A DNA stretch of 64,000 bases, from the NCBI GenBank assembly GCA_017433415.1, contig JAFRHI010000027.1, positions 20,615 to 84,614 of the forward strand. Direction: 5' to 3'. The notes under the pieces were generated by a model that did not search any database, was not told the origin of the DNA, and saw only the letters and a program-made list of their open reading frames with translations. Position 1 is the first letter of the stretch. Each line of letters starts with the position of its first letter. Positions 35,852 through 46,808 of the stretch are shown here, in pieces. A program made the translations under genes and the position numbers. Source of the DNA: Bacilli bacterium (lineage in GTDB: Bacteria; Bacillota_I; Bacilli_A; RF39; UBA660).

Positions 35852-36778
35852 ATGAAAATTGTTTTTATGGGAACACCTGATTTTGCTGTTAATGTTTTAC
35901 AAGGATTGATTGATAATTATGAAGTTTCTTTAGTAGTTAGTCAACCGGATAAAATGGTTGGTAGACATAGAGAACTTGTTAATACGCCAGTTAAAGAATT
36001 GGCGATTAAATATAATATTGATGTTTTTCAACCAGAGAAAATTAAAGATAATTATAAAACTATATTGGACTATAAACCAGATTTAATAATTACTTGTGCA
36101 TATGGGCAAATAATACCTAAAGAATTACTTGATTATCCAAAATATGGATGTATTAATGTTCATGCTTCATTACTTCCTAAGTTAAGAGGAGGAGCACCTA
36201 TTCATAAAGCTTTAATTGATGGTTATGAAAAGACGGGTATAACTATTATGTATATGGATGAAAAGATGGATAGTGGAGATATTATTAAACAAGAAGAGGT
36301 AATTATAGAAGATAGTGATAATTTAGAATCTTTGTATAATAAACTTAGTTTGCTTGGTAGTAAGTTGTTAATTGATACTCTTCCTAGTATAATTGCTGGT
36401 ACTAATGATAGAATTAAGCAAGATGAAAAAGAAGTTACCTATGCCTTTAATATTAAACGGGAGGAAGAAAGAATAAATTTTAATTTAGAAAGTCGAGCTA
36501 TTTTTAATTTGGTTCGTGGACTTTCTCCTATTCCGGCTGCTAATGCATTGTTTGATGATAAAGAAATGAAGATTTATAATTGTACTATCTTAGATAAAAA
36601 ATATAGTGGGCAATGTGGAGAAATAGTTGATGTTATAAAAACTGGTATTGTTGTTAAAACTTTAGATGGCGCAATTGTATTAGGTGATATTAAACCATTT
36701 GGTAAAAAGAGAATGGATAGTTATAGTTTTGTTAATGGTATAGGAAAAGATAAAATAATTGGTAAGGTGTTTGAGTAA
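35852..36778 (+). CDS. fmt: methionyl-tRNA formyltransferase
   Basis: MKIVFMGTPDFA..., HASLLPKLRGGAPI. Confidence 0.95.
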   Translation: MKIVFMGTPDFAVNVLQGLIDNYEVSLVVSQPDKMVGRHRELVNTPVKELAIKYNIDVFQPEKIKDNYKTILDYKPDLIITCAYGQIIPKELLDYPKYGCINVHASLLPKLRGGAPIHKALIDGYEKTGITIMYMDEKMDSGDIIKQEEVIIEDSDNLESLYNKLSLLGSKLLIDTLPSIIAGTNDRIKQDEKEVTYAFNIKREEERINFNLESRAIFNLVRGLSPIPAANALFDDKEMKIYNCTILDKKYSGQCGEIVDVIKTGIVVKTLDGAIVLGDIKPFGKKRMDSYSFVNGIGKDKIIGKVFE

Positions 36779-37482
36779 TGAAGGATTTAATTGAAAAACT
36801 TAAAGAAATTAGGAATTCTCCAAAAGGAGGGGCTATCTTTTTCTTTGGTTTTTATTTTTTCTTTTTTGTTTTGGTTTTTTTACTAATGAATGTTGGACAA
36901 CGTAAACCATTATTATTGAAAAACTATGATGATAATAAGAAAAATAGTTTTAATGTTGGTTATTTAACTAATAAGAATTATAATTTTACTTATAATATTT
37001 ATTTGGATAATATTTTATATCAATATGTTGGTAAACAGAATGGTGATAAAGTCTTATTTGATTTTAATGGTAAGAATTATTATGTTGAGGATAATAATTA
37101 TTATGTTTATGAGAATGGTACGTGGACAAACACAGATAATCCATATGTAGTAGATTCTTCTTTTTTTGATGTAGATAAGCTTGTTGATTTGATTACTCTA
37201 TCTAGTTTTGAAGCTAAAACAGAATATGAAAGTGGTAAAGTAGTATATAATTTTTTAATTTCAAGTAATACAATAAATCAATATATGTATAATGTTGATA
37301 GTGATTTTTTAGAAAATCCTAATAAATTAATTGTTAGTGTTGAAAATAATTCTGTTAATAATATTGTGTTTTATTTAGATAGTTTTTGTACTTTAAATAA
37401 TATTTGTAGAGAATCACTTAAAATTGAACTTGATTATAATAATTATGGAGAAATAGAAGAAATTAACAATCCTATTGGCTAG
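36778..37482 (+). CDS. hypothetical membrane-anchored protein
   Basis: 234 aa; N-terminal TM; Asn/Tyr-rich. Confidence 0.5.
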   Translation: MKDLIEKLKEIRNSPKGGAIFFFGFYFFFFVLVFLLMNVGQRKPLLLKNYDDNKKNSFNVGYLTNKNYNFTYNIYLDNILYQYVGKQNGDKVLFDFNGKNYYVEDNNYYVYENGTWTNTDNPYVVDSSFFDVDKLVDLITLSSFEAKTEYESGKVVYNFLISSNTINQYMYNVDSDFLENPNKLIVSVENNSVNNIVFYLDSFCTLNNICRESLKIELDYNNYGEIEEINNPIG

Positions 37483-37533
37483 TTGTTAGTTTTTTTTATT
37501 TTAGTGTTATAATATTGTAAATAGGTGATTATT

Positions 37534-38556
37534 ATGAAAAATATATATGGGTTAACGTTAGATGATATGGAAAAATACTTTTTAGATATTGGCTCTAAAA
37601 AGTTTCATGCTTTACAATTATTTAGTTGGTTGTATGAAAAAAGAATTGAAAATTATGAACAGATTACTGATATTAAGAAAGAAGTACTTGAAAAGATTAG
37701 AAATGATTATTCTATTGATAGATTAAAGATTGTTGATATTCAAGAAGATGTTGATGTTTGTAAATACTTATTTGAACTTTTTGATGGAGAACATATAGAA
37801 GCTGTTTTGATGCGTCATGATTATGGAAATAGTGTTTGTATTTCTAGTCAAGTTGGCTGCAATATGGGATGTAAGTTTTGTGAGTCTGGAAGACGAAAAA
37901 AAGTTAGAAATTTAGAGACATACGAGATGGTTTTACAACTGTTAATGATCGAAGAATTACTTAATGAAAGAATAAGTCATGTTGTTGTTATGGGCATTGG
38001 TGAACCATTTGATAATTATGATAATTTGATTAAGTTTTTTAAGATAATTAATCATCCTAAAGGATTGGCAATAGGAGCTCGTCATATTACAGTATCTACT
38101 TGTGGAGTTGTTCCTAAAATATTAGAGTTTAGTGAATTCCCATTACAAATAAATTTGGCAATAAGTTTGCATGCTCCTAATAATGAAATAAGAAATAAGA
38201 TTATGCCAATTAATAAAGCTTATCCTTTAGATGTTTTAATACCAGCAATAAAAAAATATTTAGAAAAAACAAACAGGAGAGTAACATTTGAGTATATATT
38301 ATTAGATGGTATTAATGATAGTGAACAGTGTGCTCTAGAATTAGCTAAATTAGTATCTAATATTAATTGTTATATTAATCTGATTCCTTATAATGAGACT
38401 AATAATTTAGATTTTAAAAGAACAAAGACTATTCAAATTATGCGGTTTTATGATATACTTAAAAAGAATAATATTAATGTGACAATAAGAAGAGAATTTG
38501 GTGGCAAGATAAGTGCTGCATGTGGACAACTTAGAAGTAAGAAGGAGGAGTTATGA
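37534..38556 (+). CDS. rlmN: 23S rRNA/tRNA (adenine-C2)-methyltransferase RlmN (radical SAM)
   Basis: GCNMGCKFCES radical-SAM cluster motif; C-terminal ...AACGQLR. ATG 37534 follows SD aggtga. Confidence 0.9.
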   Translation: MKNIYGLTLDDMEKYFLDIGSKKFHALQLFSWLYEKRIENYEQITDIKKEVLEKIRNDYSIDRLKIVDIQEDVDVCKYLFELFDGEHIEAVLMRHDYGNSVCISSQVGCNMGCKFCESGRRKKVRNLETYEMVLQLLMIEELLNERISHVVVMGIGEPFDNYDNLIKFFKIINHPKGLAIGARHITVSTCGVVPKILEFSEFPLQINLAISLHAPNNEIRNKIMPINKAYPLDVLIPAIKKYLEKTNRRVTFEYILLDGINDSEQCALELAKLVSNINCYINLIPYNETNNLDFKRTKTIQIMRFYDILKKNNINVTIRREFGGKISAACGQLRSKKEEL

Positions 38557-39296
38557 AATCTTTTTATCTAACAGATTCTGGAAAAGTAAGGGATCATAAT
38601 GAAGATAGTGTTATTATTGTAAAAAATGCTAATAATGATTATTTAATGGCAATTGCTGATGGAATGGGTGGACATTCTGCTGGTGAAGTTGCTTCTTCAA
38701 TAGCAATTAATTATTTAGATAAGCATTTTAATGAGACGTTTAAGGAAATGTCTAAAGTTGAAGCGGTTAATTGGATTAGAGATGCTGTTGATGAAATTAA
38801 TACTTCTATTTTTCAGTATGAAAAAAATCATCCTGAGAGTAAAGGAATGGGGACAACTTTAGTAATGGCAATTTTAACTAAAGAGTACTTACTTTTTGGT
38901 AACGTTGGTGATTCTAGTGGATTTGTTATGAAAGATGATAAACTTCATAAGGTTACGTATGATCATACATTAGTAAATTTGCTTGTTAGTGCAGGCGAAC
39001 TTACTAAAGAAGAAGCTAGTGTTCATCCAAAGAAGAATGTACTTATGAAGGCTTTAGGAGCCTCATTGGAGATTGATGTTGATATTTTTGATTGTGATAT
39101 GGATGTTACAGAAATACTTTTATCTAGTGATGGGCTTACAGGAATGCTTGATAAGGAAAGTATTGAAAAAGTTCTTCTTGGAGAAGGCAGTGTAGAAGAA
39201 AAGGTTTCTAAACTGATTCAGAAGGCTAATAATAGGGGTGGAACAGATAATATTTCGGTTGCTTATTTAGTTCGCGAAGAAGGTGAAGATAAGTGA
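38553..39296 (+). CDS. prpC: PP2C-family Ser/Thr phosphatase (Stp/PrpC)
   Basis: TDSGKVRDHNEDS, ADGMGGH, GGTDNISV. Confidence 0.9.
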   Translation: MKSFYLTDSGKVRDHNEDSVIIVKNANNDYLMAIADGMGGHSAGEVASSIAINYLDKHFNETFKEMSKVEAVNWIRDAVDEINTSIFQYEKNHPESKGMGTTLVMAILTKEYLLFGNVGDSSGFVMKDDKLHKVTYDHTLVNLLVSAGELTKEEASVHPKKNVLMKALGASLEIDVDIFDCDMDVTEILLSSDGLTGMLDKESIEKVLLGEGSVEEKVSKLIQKANNRGGTDNISVAYLVREEGEDK

Positions 39297-41104
39297 TTAC
39301 AAAGGGGCAAAAAATAAATGATCGTTATGAGATAATAAGAGCTATTGGTGAAGGTGGAATGGCTAATGTTTATCTTGGCCATGATACGATTTTAGATAGA
39401 AATGTTGCGATTAAAGTGCTACGTGGTGATTTAGCTAATGATGAGAAGTTTGTTAGAAGATTTCAAAGAGAAGCGTTATCAGCATCATCTCTTGCTCATC
39501 CTAATATTGTTGAAATGTATGATGTTGGTGAAGATGATGGAACATACTATATAGTAATGGAGTATGTTGATGGTAAAACATTAAAGCAATTACTAAAGAA
39601 ACGCGGTACTTTGACACTTAGTGAGGCAATTGATATTATGAGTCAACTTACTGATGGAATGGCTCATGCTCACGATTCATATATTATTCATAGGGATTTA
39701 AAACCACAAAATATTATGATTAAAGATGATGGGCAAATTAAGATTACTGATTTTGGTATTGCTATGGCGCTTAATTCTACACAGCTTACACAAACTAATT
39801 CAGTAATGGGAAGTGTACATTATTTACCACCAGAACAAGCAAGTGGAAAAGGATGTACTATAAAAAGTGATATATACTCTATGGGAATTATTTTCTATGA
39901 GTTATTGAGTGGTTCTTTACCTTTTAGGGGGGAAAATGCAGTTGAAATAGCTTTAAAGCACATGCGTGATCCGCTTCCAAGTTTGAGGGATGAAAATCCA
40001 GCAATACCACAAAGTATTGAAAATATTATCAGGAGAGCTACTGCTAAAAATCCTAAAAACAGATATGAATCAGCGAGAGAAATGCATGAAGATCTACTTA
40101 CAGCTCTTAATGATGAAAGAATGAATGAAGAAGTTTATCAATATAAGTATCCAGAAAATGAAAATGATGGTAAAAAAATTAAAAAGGTAAAAGAAGAGAG
40201 CGAAGAGGAACCATTTTTGGATGAAGAAGAAAAAACTTCTACTGATGAAATTGCGACTAAGATAGAAGATGTTAGTGAAAAGAAAAATAAAAAATTAATT
40301 ATTATTTTATCAATTGTATTTGGGGTAATATTCTTAGCTTTAGTATTTATTTTCTTTATTATGCCAGCACTTTCTAATAAGAAGGCGGTTACAGTTCCTG
40401 ATTGTCAAAATTTAAAAGTAAGTCAATGTGAGAAAAAATTACAGAAATTAGGATTTGAAGTTAATACACAGATAAAGACTGTTAATTCAACGAAAGTTAA
40501 GAAAAATTTAGTAGTTAAAACTGATCCGGCTAAAGGAAGAAGTATTAAAAAAGGTAGTAAAGTTACTATTTATAAGTCTGTTGGAGAAGAGACATTTAAA
40601 TTAGAAGATTATACTGGAATGAACTCTATTGAAGTTAAAACACGTTTAGAAGAAAAAGTAGGTCTTGTTGTTACAATAGAGAAAAAAGAACCAGCCGATA
40701 ATACTAAAGAATATGACGATGATGAAATAATTGGTCAGTCTTTAGCTGAAGGTAGTGAGGTTAAAAAGGGTGATGCTTTAATTCTTTATATACCTAATAT
40801 TGTTGATACTTTCCCAAATATGGCAGAGGAAGGTTGGAGTTTAAGTGATGTAGAAACGTTCTGTAATAAATATGGATTGATTCTTGAGAAAGTTGAACAA
40901 GAGACTAGTGCTTATGCAGAAGGAACAATAATTGGTCAATCTAGAACTGTTGGAAGTACAATAATTAAAGGGACAACATTACGGGTAACTGTTGCGGTTA
41001 AACCAAAAGAAAAACCAAAACCTGTTGTTCCTGATAAAGAGAAGGAACAACCTAGTGATGATTCTTCAGAAGATGATAATGAGGATGATAGTAATACAAA
41101 TTAA
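39293..41104 (+). CDS. prkC: Ser/Thr protein kinase with extracellular PASTA repeats (PrkC)
   Basis: GEGGMANVY, HRDLKPQN, DFGIA; a TM, then three PASTA-like repeats; GTG start overlaps stp. Confidence 0.9.
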   Translation: MITKGQKINDRYEIIRAIGEGGMANVYLGHDTILDRNVAIKVLRGDLANDEKFVRRFQREALSASSLAHPNIVEMYDVGEDDGTYYIVMEYVDGKTLKQLLKKRGTLTLSEAIDIMSQLTDGMAHAHDSYIIHRDLKPQNIMIKDDGQIKITDFGIAMALNSTQLTQTNSVMGSVHYLPPEQASGKGCTIKSDIYSMGIIFYELLSGSLPFRGENAVEIALKHMRDPLPSLRDENPAIPQSIENIIRRATAKNPKNRYESAREMHEDLLTALNDERMNEEVYQYKYPENENDGKKIKKVKEESEEEPFLDEEEKTSTDEIATKIEDVSEKKNKKLIIILSIVFGVIFLALVFIFFIMPALSNKKAVTVPDCQNLKVSQCEKKLQKLGFEVNTQIKTVNSTKVKKNLVVKTDPAKGRSIKKGSKVTIYKSVGEETFKLEDYTGMNSIEVKTRLEEKVGLVVTIEKKEPADNTKEYDDDEIIGQSLAEGSEVKKGDALILYIPNIVDTFPNMAEEGWSLSDVETFCNKYGLILEKVEQETSAYAEGTIIGQSRTVGSTIIKGTTLRVTVAVKPKEKPKPVVPDKEKEQPSDDSSEDDNEDDSNTN

Positions 41105-41113
41105 AGGAGATTT

Positions 41114-41953
41114 ATGAGAGGACAAATTATTAAAATTAGTAGTGATTTATATTTTGTTAGTGCTGAAGGTGAAGTCTATCCTTGTAAATGTCGTGGTATA
41201 TTTAGAAAAGAACATATTACTCCTGTAGTGGGAGATTATGTTCTTTTCAGTAAAGAAAAAAAATTAATTGAAAATATTTTAGAGAGAAAAAATATATTTG
41301 ATAGACCTAAAGTTAGTAATATAGATCAAGCTTTTTTAGTAACTAGTTTAAAATTACCAGATTTTTCACTTAATCTATTAGATAAATTTATTAGTTTGAT
41401 GGAAATTAATAATGTTGAACCTATAATATGTATAACTAAAAGAGATTTACTTAGTAATGATGAGTTTAATAATATTTTGGAAATATTAAAATATTATCGA
41501 AAGATAGGGTATAAAGTTGTTTATAATACTGATCTTGATAAAATAAAAAGTTTACTTAAAAATAAAACTAGTGTTTTTACGGGTCAAACAGGTGCAGGTA
41601 AGAGTACTTTACTTAATAAACTTAATCCTTCTTGGAATCTTGAAACTGGTGAAGTTTCTTTAGCATTAGGTAGAGGTAAACATACTACTAGGACAGTAGA
41701 ACTTTTTGAGATTATGGGTGGTAAAGTTATGGATACACCAGGTTTTTCTGCACTTGATCTTAATAATTATTCAAAAGAAGAAATTAGAAATTCTTTTGTG
41801 GAGTTTTCTTTATATCCATGTCCTTTTAAAGATTGTAGTCATACAAAAGAAGAGGAATGTTTTGTAAAACGGGAAGTTTTAGCGAATAATATATTAGAAA
41901 GCAGATATTTAAATTATCTTAATTTTATAGGAGGTAATAATGAGAAAAGTTAG
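41114..41953 (+). CDS. rsgA: ribosome small-subunit-dependent GTPase A
   Basis: GQTGAGKSTLLN; C-terminal Cys/His cluster CPFKDCSHTKEEEC. Confidence 0.9.
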   Translation: MRGQIIKISSDLYFVSAEGEVYPCKCRGIFRKEHITPVVGDYVLFSKEKKLIENILERKNIFDRPKVSNIDQAFLVTSLKLPDFSLNLLDKFISLMEINNVEPIICITKRDLLSNDEFNNILEILKYYRKIGYKVVYNTDLDKIKSLLKNKTSVFTGQTGAGKSTLLNKLNPSWNLETGEVSLALGRGKHTTRTVELFEIMGGKVMDTPGFSALDLNNYSKEEIRNSFVEFSLYPCPFKDCSHTKEEECFVKREVLANNILESRYLNYLNFIGGNNEKS

Positions 41954-42569
41954 TGCAACATTTTTAAGTAGTAAGAATATACCTAGGGATTTAACTAAGC
42001 TTAATGAAACTGATGTTGATTATATTCATGTTGATGTCATGGATGGAAAATTTGTTGAAAATAAGACGTTACAGTTTAATGAATTAAAGTATATTTATAA
42101 ATATACTTCTAAGAGATTAGATGTTCATTTAATGGTGGAAAATCCTTCTAAGTATATTCCTTTATATGCGGAATTAAATACTGAGTATATTACTTTTCAT
42201 GTTGAGGTTCTAGAAGATATTGTTAAGGATTTAGAACTTATTAAAAGTTATTCAATTAAATGTGGTTTAGCGATTAATCCAGAAACAAAGGTAAGTGACT
42301 TAGTTCCTTATTTGCCATATTTGGATTTAATCTTAGTGATGGGAGTACATCCTGGTATGGGTGGACAAGAATTTATACCAGAAACAGTGGATAAAGTTAA
42401 AGAAGTTAGAGAATTAATTAAATCATATAATAGTAAAGCTTTAATTAGTGTTGATGGTGGTGTTAATGATAAAGTTAAAGATTTACTTTTAGATGTTGAT
42501 ATTCTTACGTCTGGAAGTTATATTGTTTTGAGTGATAACTTTCAAGAAAAAATTACTAGTTTAAGATAA
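41940..42569 (+). CDS. rpe: ribulose-phosphate 3-epimerase
   Basis: IHVDVMDGKFV..., VMGVHPGMGGQEF, VDGGVN. Confidence 0.85.
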   Translation: MRKVSATFLSSKNIPRDLTKLNETDVDYIHVDVMDGKFVENKTLQFNELKYIYKYTSKRLDVHLMVENPSKYIPLYAELNTEYITFHVEVLEDIVKDLELIKSYSIKCGLAINPETKVSDLVPYLPYLDLILVMGVHPGMGGQEFIPETVDKVKEVRELIKSYNSKALISVDGGVNDKVKDLLLDVDILTSGSYIVLSDNFQEKITSLR

Positions 42570-42611
42570 TATATTATGATATAATTTATTTTAGAATAGG
42601 AGTTGGTAGAT

Positions 42612-43463
42612 GTGAATGAAAATAATTTAGATAATACAAATACTATACCAGATGTTAATCCTAATCCTGATAATACTAATGTGGAGGGTGCTGCTGGTAA
42701 TGATACTGGTGTAAATATGGTTAATCCAGAGAGTATTATTGGTGAAGTGCCTGCTAGTAGTGAAGTAGTTCCTAGGGAAGAAATTGCAAGAATAGATATT
42801 GCTGGAGCTGATAATACGGTTAATATTAATTTAATGCAACAACCAGCGGAAGAGAAAAAAGAAAATAGTGCTTTTAAGGAAAAAATGAAACAAGCAGAAC
42901 TTAATTATAAACCACCAAGTAAATATAGAATGTTTTTATTAGTTGTGTTTTTTGTTTTTTTAATAGCTTTTGTTTTGTTCTTACCAGATATTAATAAGAT
43001 GGTTGTTAAATATAAATCTGGTGAAAAAGAAACTCAAGAAGAAAATATTACTTCAGGTACACTTACTTGTGCTTTATCTTCTGCTAATGCTGATTTAAAT
43101 TTTGATTATACTAATGTATTTACTTTTTCTGATAATAAACTTAAGAAAACACAACTTACTACTATTATTCGTGGAGATATTACATTAGATGAAAAAACTC
43201 TTGATGAAATGAATGAAGAATGTAATTCAATAGATGCAAATTCTAAAGGAATTGAAGGAGTTAGCATTAAATGTGATTATACTGGTGATAAATTAACAAA
43301 GAAACAGATATTTGATCTTTCTGTGCTTGATATTGAGAAAATTACAACGGCTTTTACAGAAGCAGGTGGTCAATATCCTAAGTATTTATATGATCAAGAT
43401 ATAAGAGAGATTGAAAAAGATATGTATGCTAGTGGATTTAGTTGTAAAAAAGAGGCAAGCTAA
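42612..43463 (+). CDS. hypothetical membrane-anchored protein
   Basis: Central TM. The track start TTG 42603 abuts the SD; in-frame GTG 42612 has better spacing. Confidence 0.5.
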   Translation: MNENNLDNTNTIPDVNPNPDNTNVEGAAGNDTGVNMVNPESIIGEVPASSEVVPREEIARIDIAGADNTVNINLMQQPAEEKKENSAFKEKMKQAELNYKPPSKYRMFLLVVFFVFLIAFVLFLPDINKMVVKYKSGEKETQEENITSGTLTCALSSANADLNFDYTNVFTFSDNKLKKTQLTTIIRGDITLDEKTLDEMNEECNSIDANSKGIEGVSIKCDYTGDKLTKKQIFDLSVLDIEKITTAFTEAGGQYPKYLYDQDIREIEKDMYASGFSCKKEAS

Positions 43464-43522
43464 TGCTTCTTTTCTTTTTTTTAGAGATAATTTTTGTTAT
43501 TATATAAAATGAGGTGTTAGTA

Positions 43523-45679
43523 ATGAATGATTTAATTATAGTGGAAATAGCTAATAATTTAGGAATAGATGAGAGAAAAGTTAGAGTTGTTTTAAATTTA
43601 CTTAGTGAAGGTAATACAATACCTTTTATTGCTAGATATAGAAAAGAAGCAACAGGTGCTTTATCAGAAGAAGTAATTAAAAGTATTAATGATGTTTATG
43701 AATATCAAGTTAATCTATTAAAAAGAAAAGAAGATGTAATTAGACTTATTGATGAAAAAGGAATGTTAACTGATGAGATAAGAAACAATATTATGGCTTG
43801 TGTAAAATTAGTAGAAGTTGAAGATATTTATAGACCATATAAGGAAAAGAAGAAAAGTAAAGCAACAGAAGCAATTGCTTTAGGTCTTGAAGGACTTGCG
43901 AAGATTATGATGTCATATCCAGTTAATGGCAATATGGAAGAAATTAGTAAGAAGTTTATTACGGATAAAGTAAAGACAGTTGAACAAGCAATTGAAGGAG
44001 CTTGTTATATAATAGCTGAATGGATAAGTGATAATGCCTTTTATCGCAAGTGGATTAGAAGTTATTTTTATAAGAATGGTATTATTAATTCTAAGATAAA
44101 GAAAGATGCTAAAGATGAAGGAAATATTTATGAGATTTATTATGATTATAATGAACCAGTTAAATATATAAAACCGCATCGTATTTTGGCTTTGAATAGA
44201 GGAGAAAAAGAAAAAATATTAAGTGTTAGTATTGATGTTAATAAGGATGAAATACTTGCTTATTTAGAAAAAAAAGTTATAAAAAATGATAAGAGTTTTG
44301 TTACTAAATATGTTAAGGAAGCTATAGCTGATTCTTATAAAAGACTTATTTGTCCTTCTGTTACTAGAGAGGTTAGAAGTGAACTTACAGAGAAGGGAGA
44401 AGAGGCTGCTATTAATAATTTTGGTAAGAATTTAGAGGCACTTTTACTTACTCCTCCAATTAAAGAAAAGGTTGTTTTAGCGTTTGATCCAGGCTATGTC
44501 AATGGGTGTAAATTGGCAGTTGTTGATAAAAATGGTAAATATCTTGATAGTTGTGTAATTAAGCCTTTTTTGAAAGGTGATGAAGAAAAGAGAATTAAGA
44601 TTTCTAAGGATGAGGTCCTTAAATTAATAAAAAAATATAATGTTGATATAATAGCAATAGGTAATGGTACAGCATCTCGAGAAAGTGAAAAATTGTGTGC
44701 AGAATTGATAAGAGAGAATAATTTGAATTGTAAATATGTAATTGTTAGTGAAGCAGGAGCATCTATTTATTCAGCATCTCCTCAGGCTATTGAAGAATTT
44801 CCTGATTTAGCTGTTGAAAAGCGAAGTGCTGTAAGTATTGGAAGAAGGTTACAAGATCCTCTTGCAGAACTTGTAAAAATTCCACCAGAAGGAATAGGAG
44901 TTGGCTTATATCAACATGATGTTAGTACTACTAAATTGGCAAATTCTTTAGATTTTGTTGTTGAAAAATGTGTTAATAATGTAGGTGTTAATGTAAATAC
45001 GGCATCAGCTTCACTTCTTTCTTATGTATCTGGTATTACAAAAGCTGCAATAAAGAAAATAATAGATTATCGTGAAAATGCTGGAAGAATTTCGTCTAGA
45101 GATGAAATAAAAAAGAAAAAATTATTATCTGATAAAGCTTATGAACAAGCAATTGGATTCTTGAGAATTACTGAAGGAGATAACATTTTAGATACAACAG
45201 CAATTCATCCAGAAAGTTATCAAGTTGCGATTAATTTACTTAAATCTTTAGGTATGACAATAAATGATGTTGGTAAAAAAAGTTTAATAGATGCATTAGA
45301 TAAAATTGATTTAAATATTTATAAAGATATGCTTAATACTGATATTTATACTCTTCAGGATGTTGTTAATTCATTAAAAAAGCCAAATCTTGATCCAAGA
45401 GATGAATATCCACAGCCAATGTTAAGGAGTGATATTTTAGATATAAAAGATTTAACTGTAGGAATGAAGTTACAAGGTACTGTTAGAAATGTTGTTGATT
45501 TTGGACTGTTTATTGACATTGGTTTACATGATGATGGCTTGGCACACATATCAAAACTTTCTAATCAATATGTTAAACATCCATCAGATTTGTTTAGTGT
45601 TGGTGATATAGTAGATTGCTATGTAGATGATATTTCTTTAGAAAAGAATAAAGTAAGTTTAAGCTTGCTTCCTAGATAG
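43523..45679 (+). CDS. tex: Tex-like transcription accessory protein (YqgF + S1 domains)
   Basis: ...TIPFIARYRKEATG..., C-terminal S1 domain GTVRNVVDFGLFIDIG. ATG 43523 follows SD gaggtg. Confidence 0.9.
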   Translation: MNDLIIVEIANNLGIDERKVRVVLNLLSEGNTIPFIARYRKEATGALSEEVIKSINDVYEYQVNLLKRKEDVIRLIDEKGMLTDEIRNNIMACVKLVEVEDIYRPYKEKKKSKATEAIALGLEGLAKIMMSYPVNGNMEEISKKFITDKVKTVEQAIEGACYIIAEWISDNAFYRKWIRSYFYKNGIINSKIKKDAKDEGNIYEIYYDYNEPVKYIKPHRILALNRGEKEKILSVSIDVNKDEILAYLEKKVIKNDKSFVTKYVKEAIADSYKRLICPSVTREVRSELTEKGEEAAINNFGKNLEALLLTPPIKEKVVLAFDPGYVNGCKLAVVDKNGKYLDSCVIKPFLKGDEEKRIKISKDEVLKLIKKYNVDIIAIGNGTASRESEKLCAELIRENNLNCKYVIVSEAGASIYSASPQAIEEFPDLAVEKRSAVSIGRRLQDPLAELVKIPPEGIGVGLYQHDVSTTKLANSLDFVVEKCVNNVGVNVNTASASLLSYVSGITKAAIKKIIDYRENAGRISSRDEIKKKKLLSDKAYEQAIGFLRITEGDNILDTTAIHPESYQVAINLLKSLGMTINDVGKKSLIDALDKIDLNIYKDMLNTDIYTLQDVVNSLKKPNLDPRDEYPQPMLRSDILDIKDLTVGMKLQGTVRNVVDFGLFIDIGLHDDGLAHISKLSNQYVKHPSDLFSVGDIVDCYVDDISLEKNKVSLSLLPR

Positions 45680-45713
45680 TATATTAGTATAATGTTATCA
45701 TAGGAGATAGTAT

Positions 45714-46196
45714 ATGAAAGTTATTAAGTTTATTTTAAAAATTATTAAGAGTATTCTTGGGTTGTTTTCAGATATTTGTTTTATTTTATTATTTGTCTAT
45801 GGAGTTACTTTTCTACCATTTATAATGGGATATAAAGCAGATACAGTTACTTCTAATGATACAGTTTATAAGGATGGAACACTTATCTATTATAAGCATG
45901 TTGATTTGGAAGAATTAAGAGTATCTGATAGATTGTTAGAGAAAAAAGACGCTCAAAATAAAATTTATACAATCACTGACTTGGTTGATGATAATGTGTT
46001 TGTTGGTGATGATAAAATTGTATATGATGAAAATGTTTATAAAATAGCTTCAATTAGTATTCCATATCTTGGTAAATATGTATATTTTATGAATCATAAT
46101 AAGATGGTTTTCTTCTTCTTATTAGCTATAATTGTTGGAGATCTTGTTTTAAGTGGTATTTTTAATAAAATAAAAAGTAGTATTCAAAAAAAGTAA
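45714..46196 (+). CDS. hypothetical membrane protein
   Basis: 160 aa; N- and C-terminal TM. Confidence 0.5.
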   Translation: MKVIKFILKIIKSILGLFSDICFILLFVYGVTFLPFIMGYKADTVTSNDTVYKDGTLIYYKHVDLEELRVSDRLLEKKDAQNKIYTITDLVDDNVFVGDDKIVYDENVYKIASISIPYLGKYVYFMNHNKMVFFFLLAIIVGDLVLSGIFNKIKSSIQKK

Positions 46197-46221
46197 ATCT
46201 TTAGTGATTTAATAAAGTGAA

Positions 46222-46791
46222 GTGATATTTATTTTATATATAGTATTATTTTTGATAGTTGTACCAGCAATTTTCTTGTTTCTTATGCCAGAACTTTTAT
46301 CGGTGGTATCTTTTGCTTGGCTGCCATCTCTTATAATTTATTTTATTAATAATGAAAAGTTTCGAAAAAAAGCTTTTCTTGTGTATCTTGGCTTGTTTCT
46401 GTTGGTAATAGTTTTGGAACTGATACTTGGTAATTATACTGCTTGGGATGGTGAATGTCTTTTTGGATGCTATGATCGTGGATATGCTGTTCCAGAAATT
46501 TTCTATTATTTACTTTCTATACTTATTGGGTCAGTGATTTCTTTAGTATTTTGGCTTTTAAGTTTTATAGATAGTAATATGACTAGTGAAGTGAAAAAGA
46601 AGAAAATATTTTATATTATTTTATTCTTATTAGGTGCAATACCAGAATACAGTGTTTTATATTATTGTATTTTGGTTGGTGATGGTTTTAAAGATCCTTG
46701 GCGGCTTATTGTTTTATTCTTATTTGCCGCACCATTTATACTAGTTGGAATTCTTTTTAAGATTATTGCTTATGTAAAATTAAAAAAGTAA
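46222..46791 (+). CDS. hypothetical polytopic membrane protein
   Basis: 189 aa; GTG start, weak SD. Confidence 0.45.
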   Translation: MIFILYIVLFLIVVPAIFLFLMPELLSVVSFAWLPSLIIYFINNEKFRKKAFLVYLGLFLLVIVLELILGNYTAWDGECLFGCYDRGYAVPEIFYYLLSILIGSVISLVFWLLSFIDSNMTSEVKKKKIFYIILFLLGAIPEYSVLYYCILVGDGFKDPWRLIVLFLFAAPFILVGILFKIIAYVKLKK

Positions 46792-46808
46792 TGTTAACAT
46801 TACTTTTT

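Noticed and set aside
45714-46196. Possible SipW-type signal peptidase
   Set aside because: The N-terminal TM and overall size are suggestive, but I could not find the catalytic Ser (SGSMxP-type) motif. It is left as a hypothetical membrane protein.
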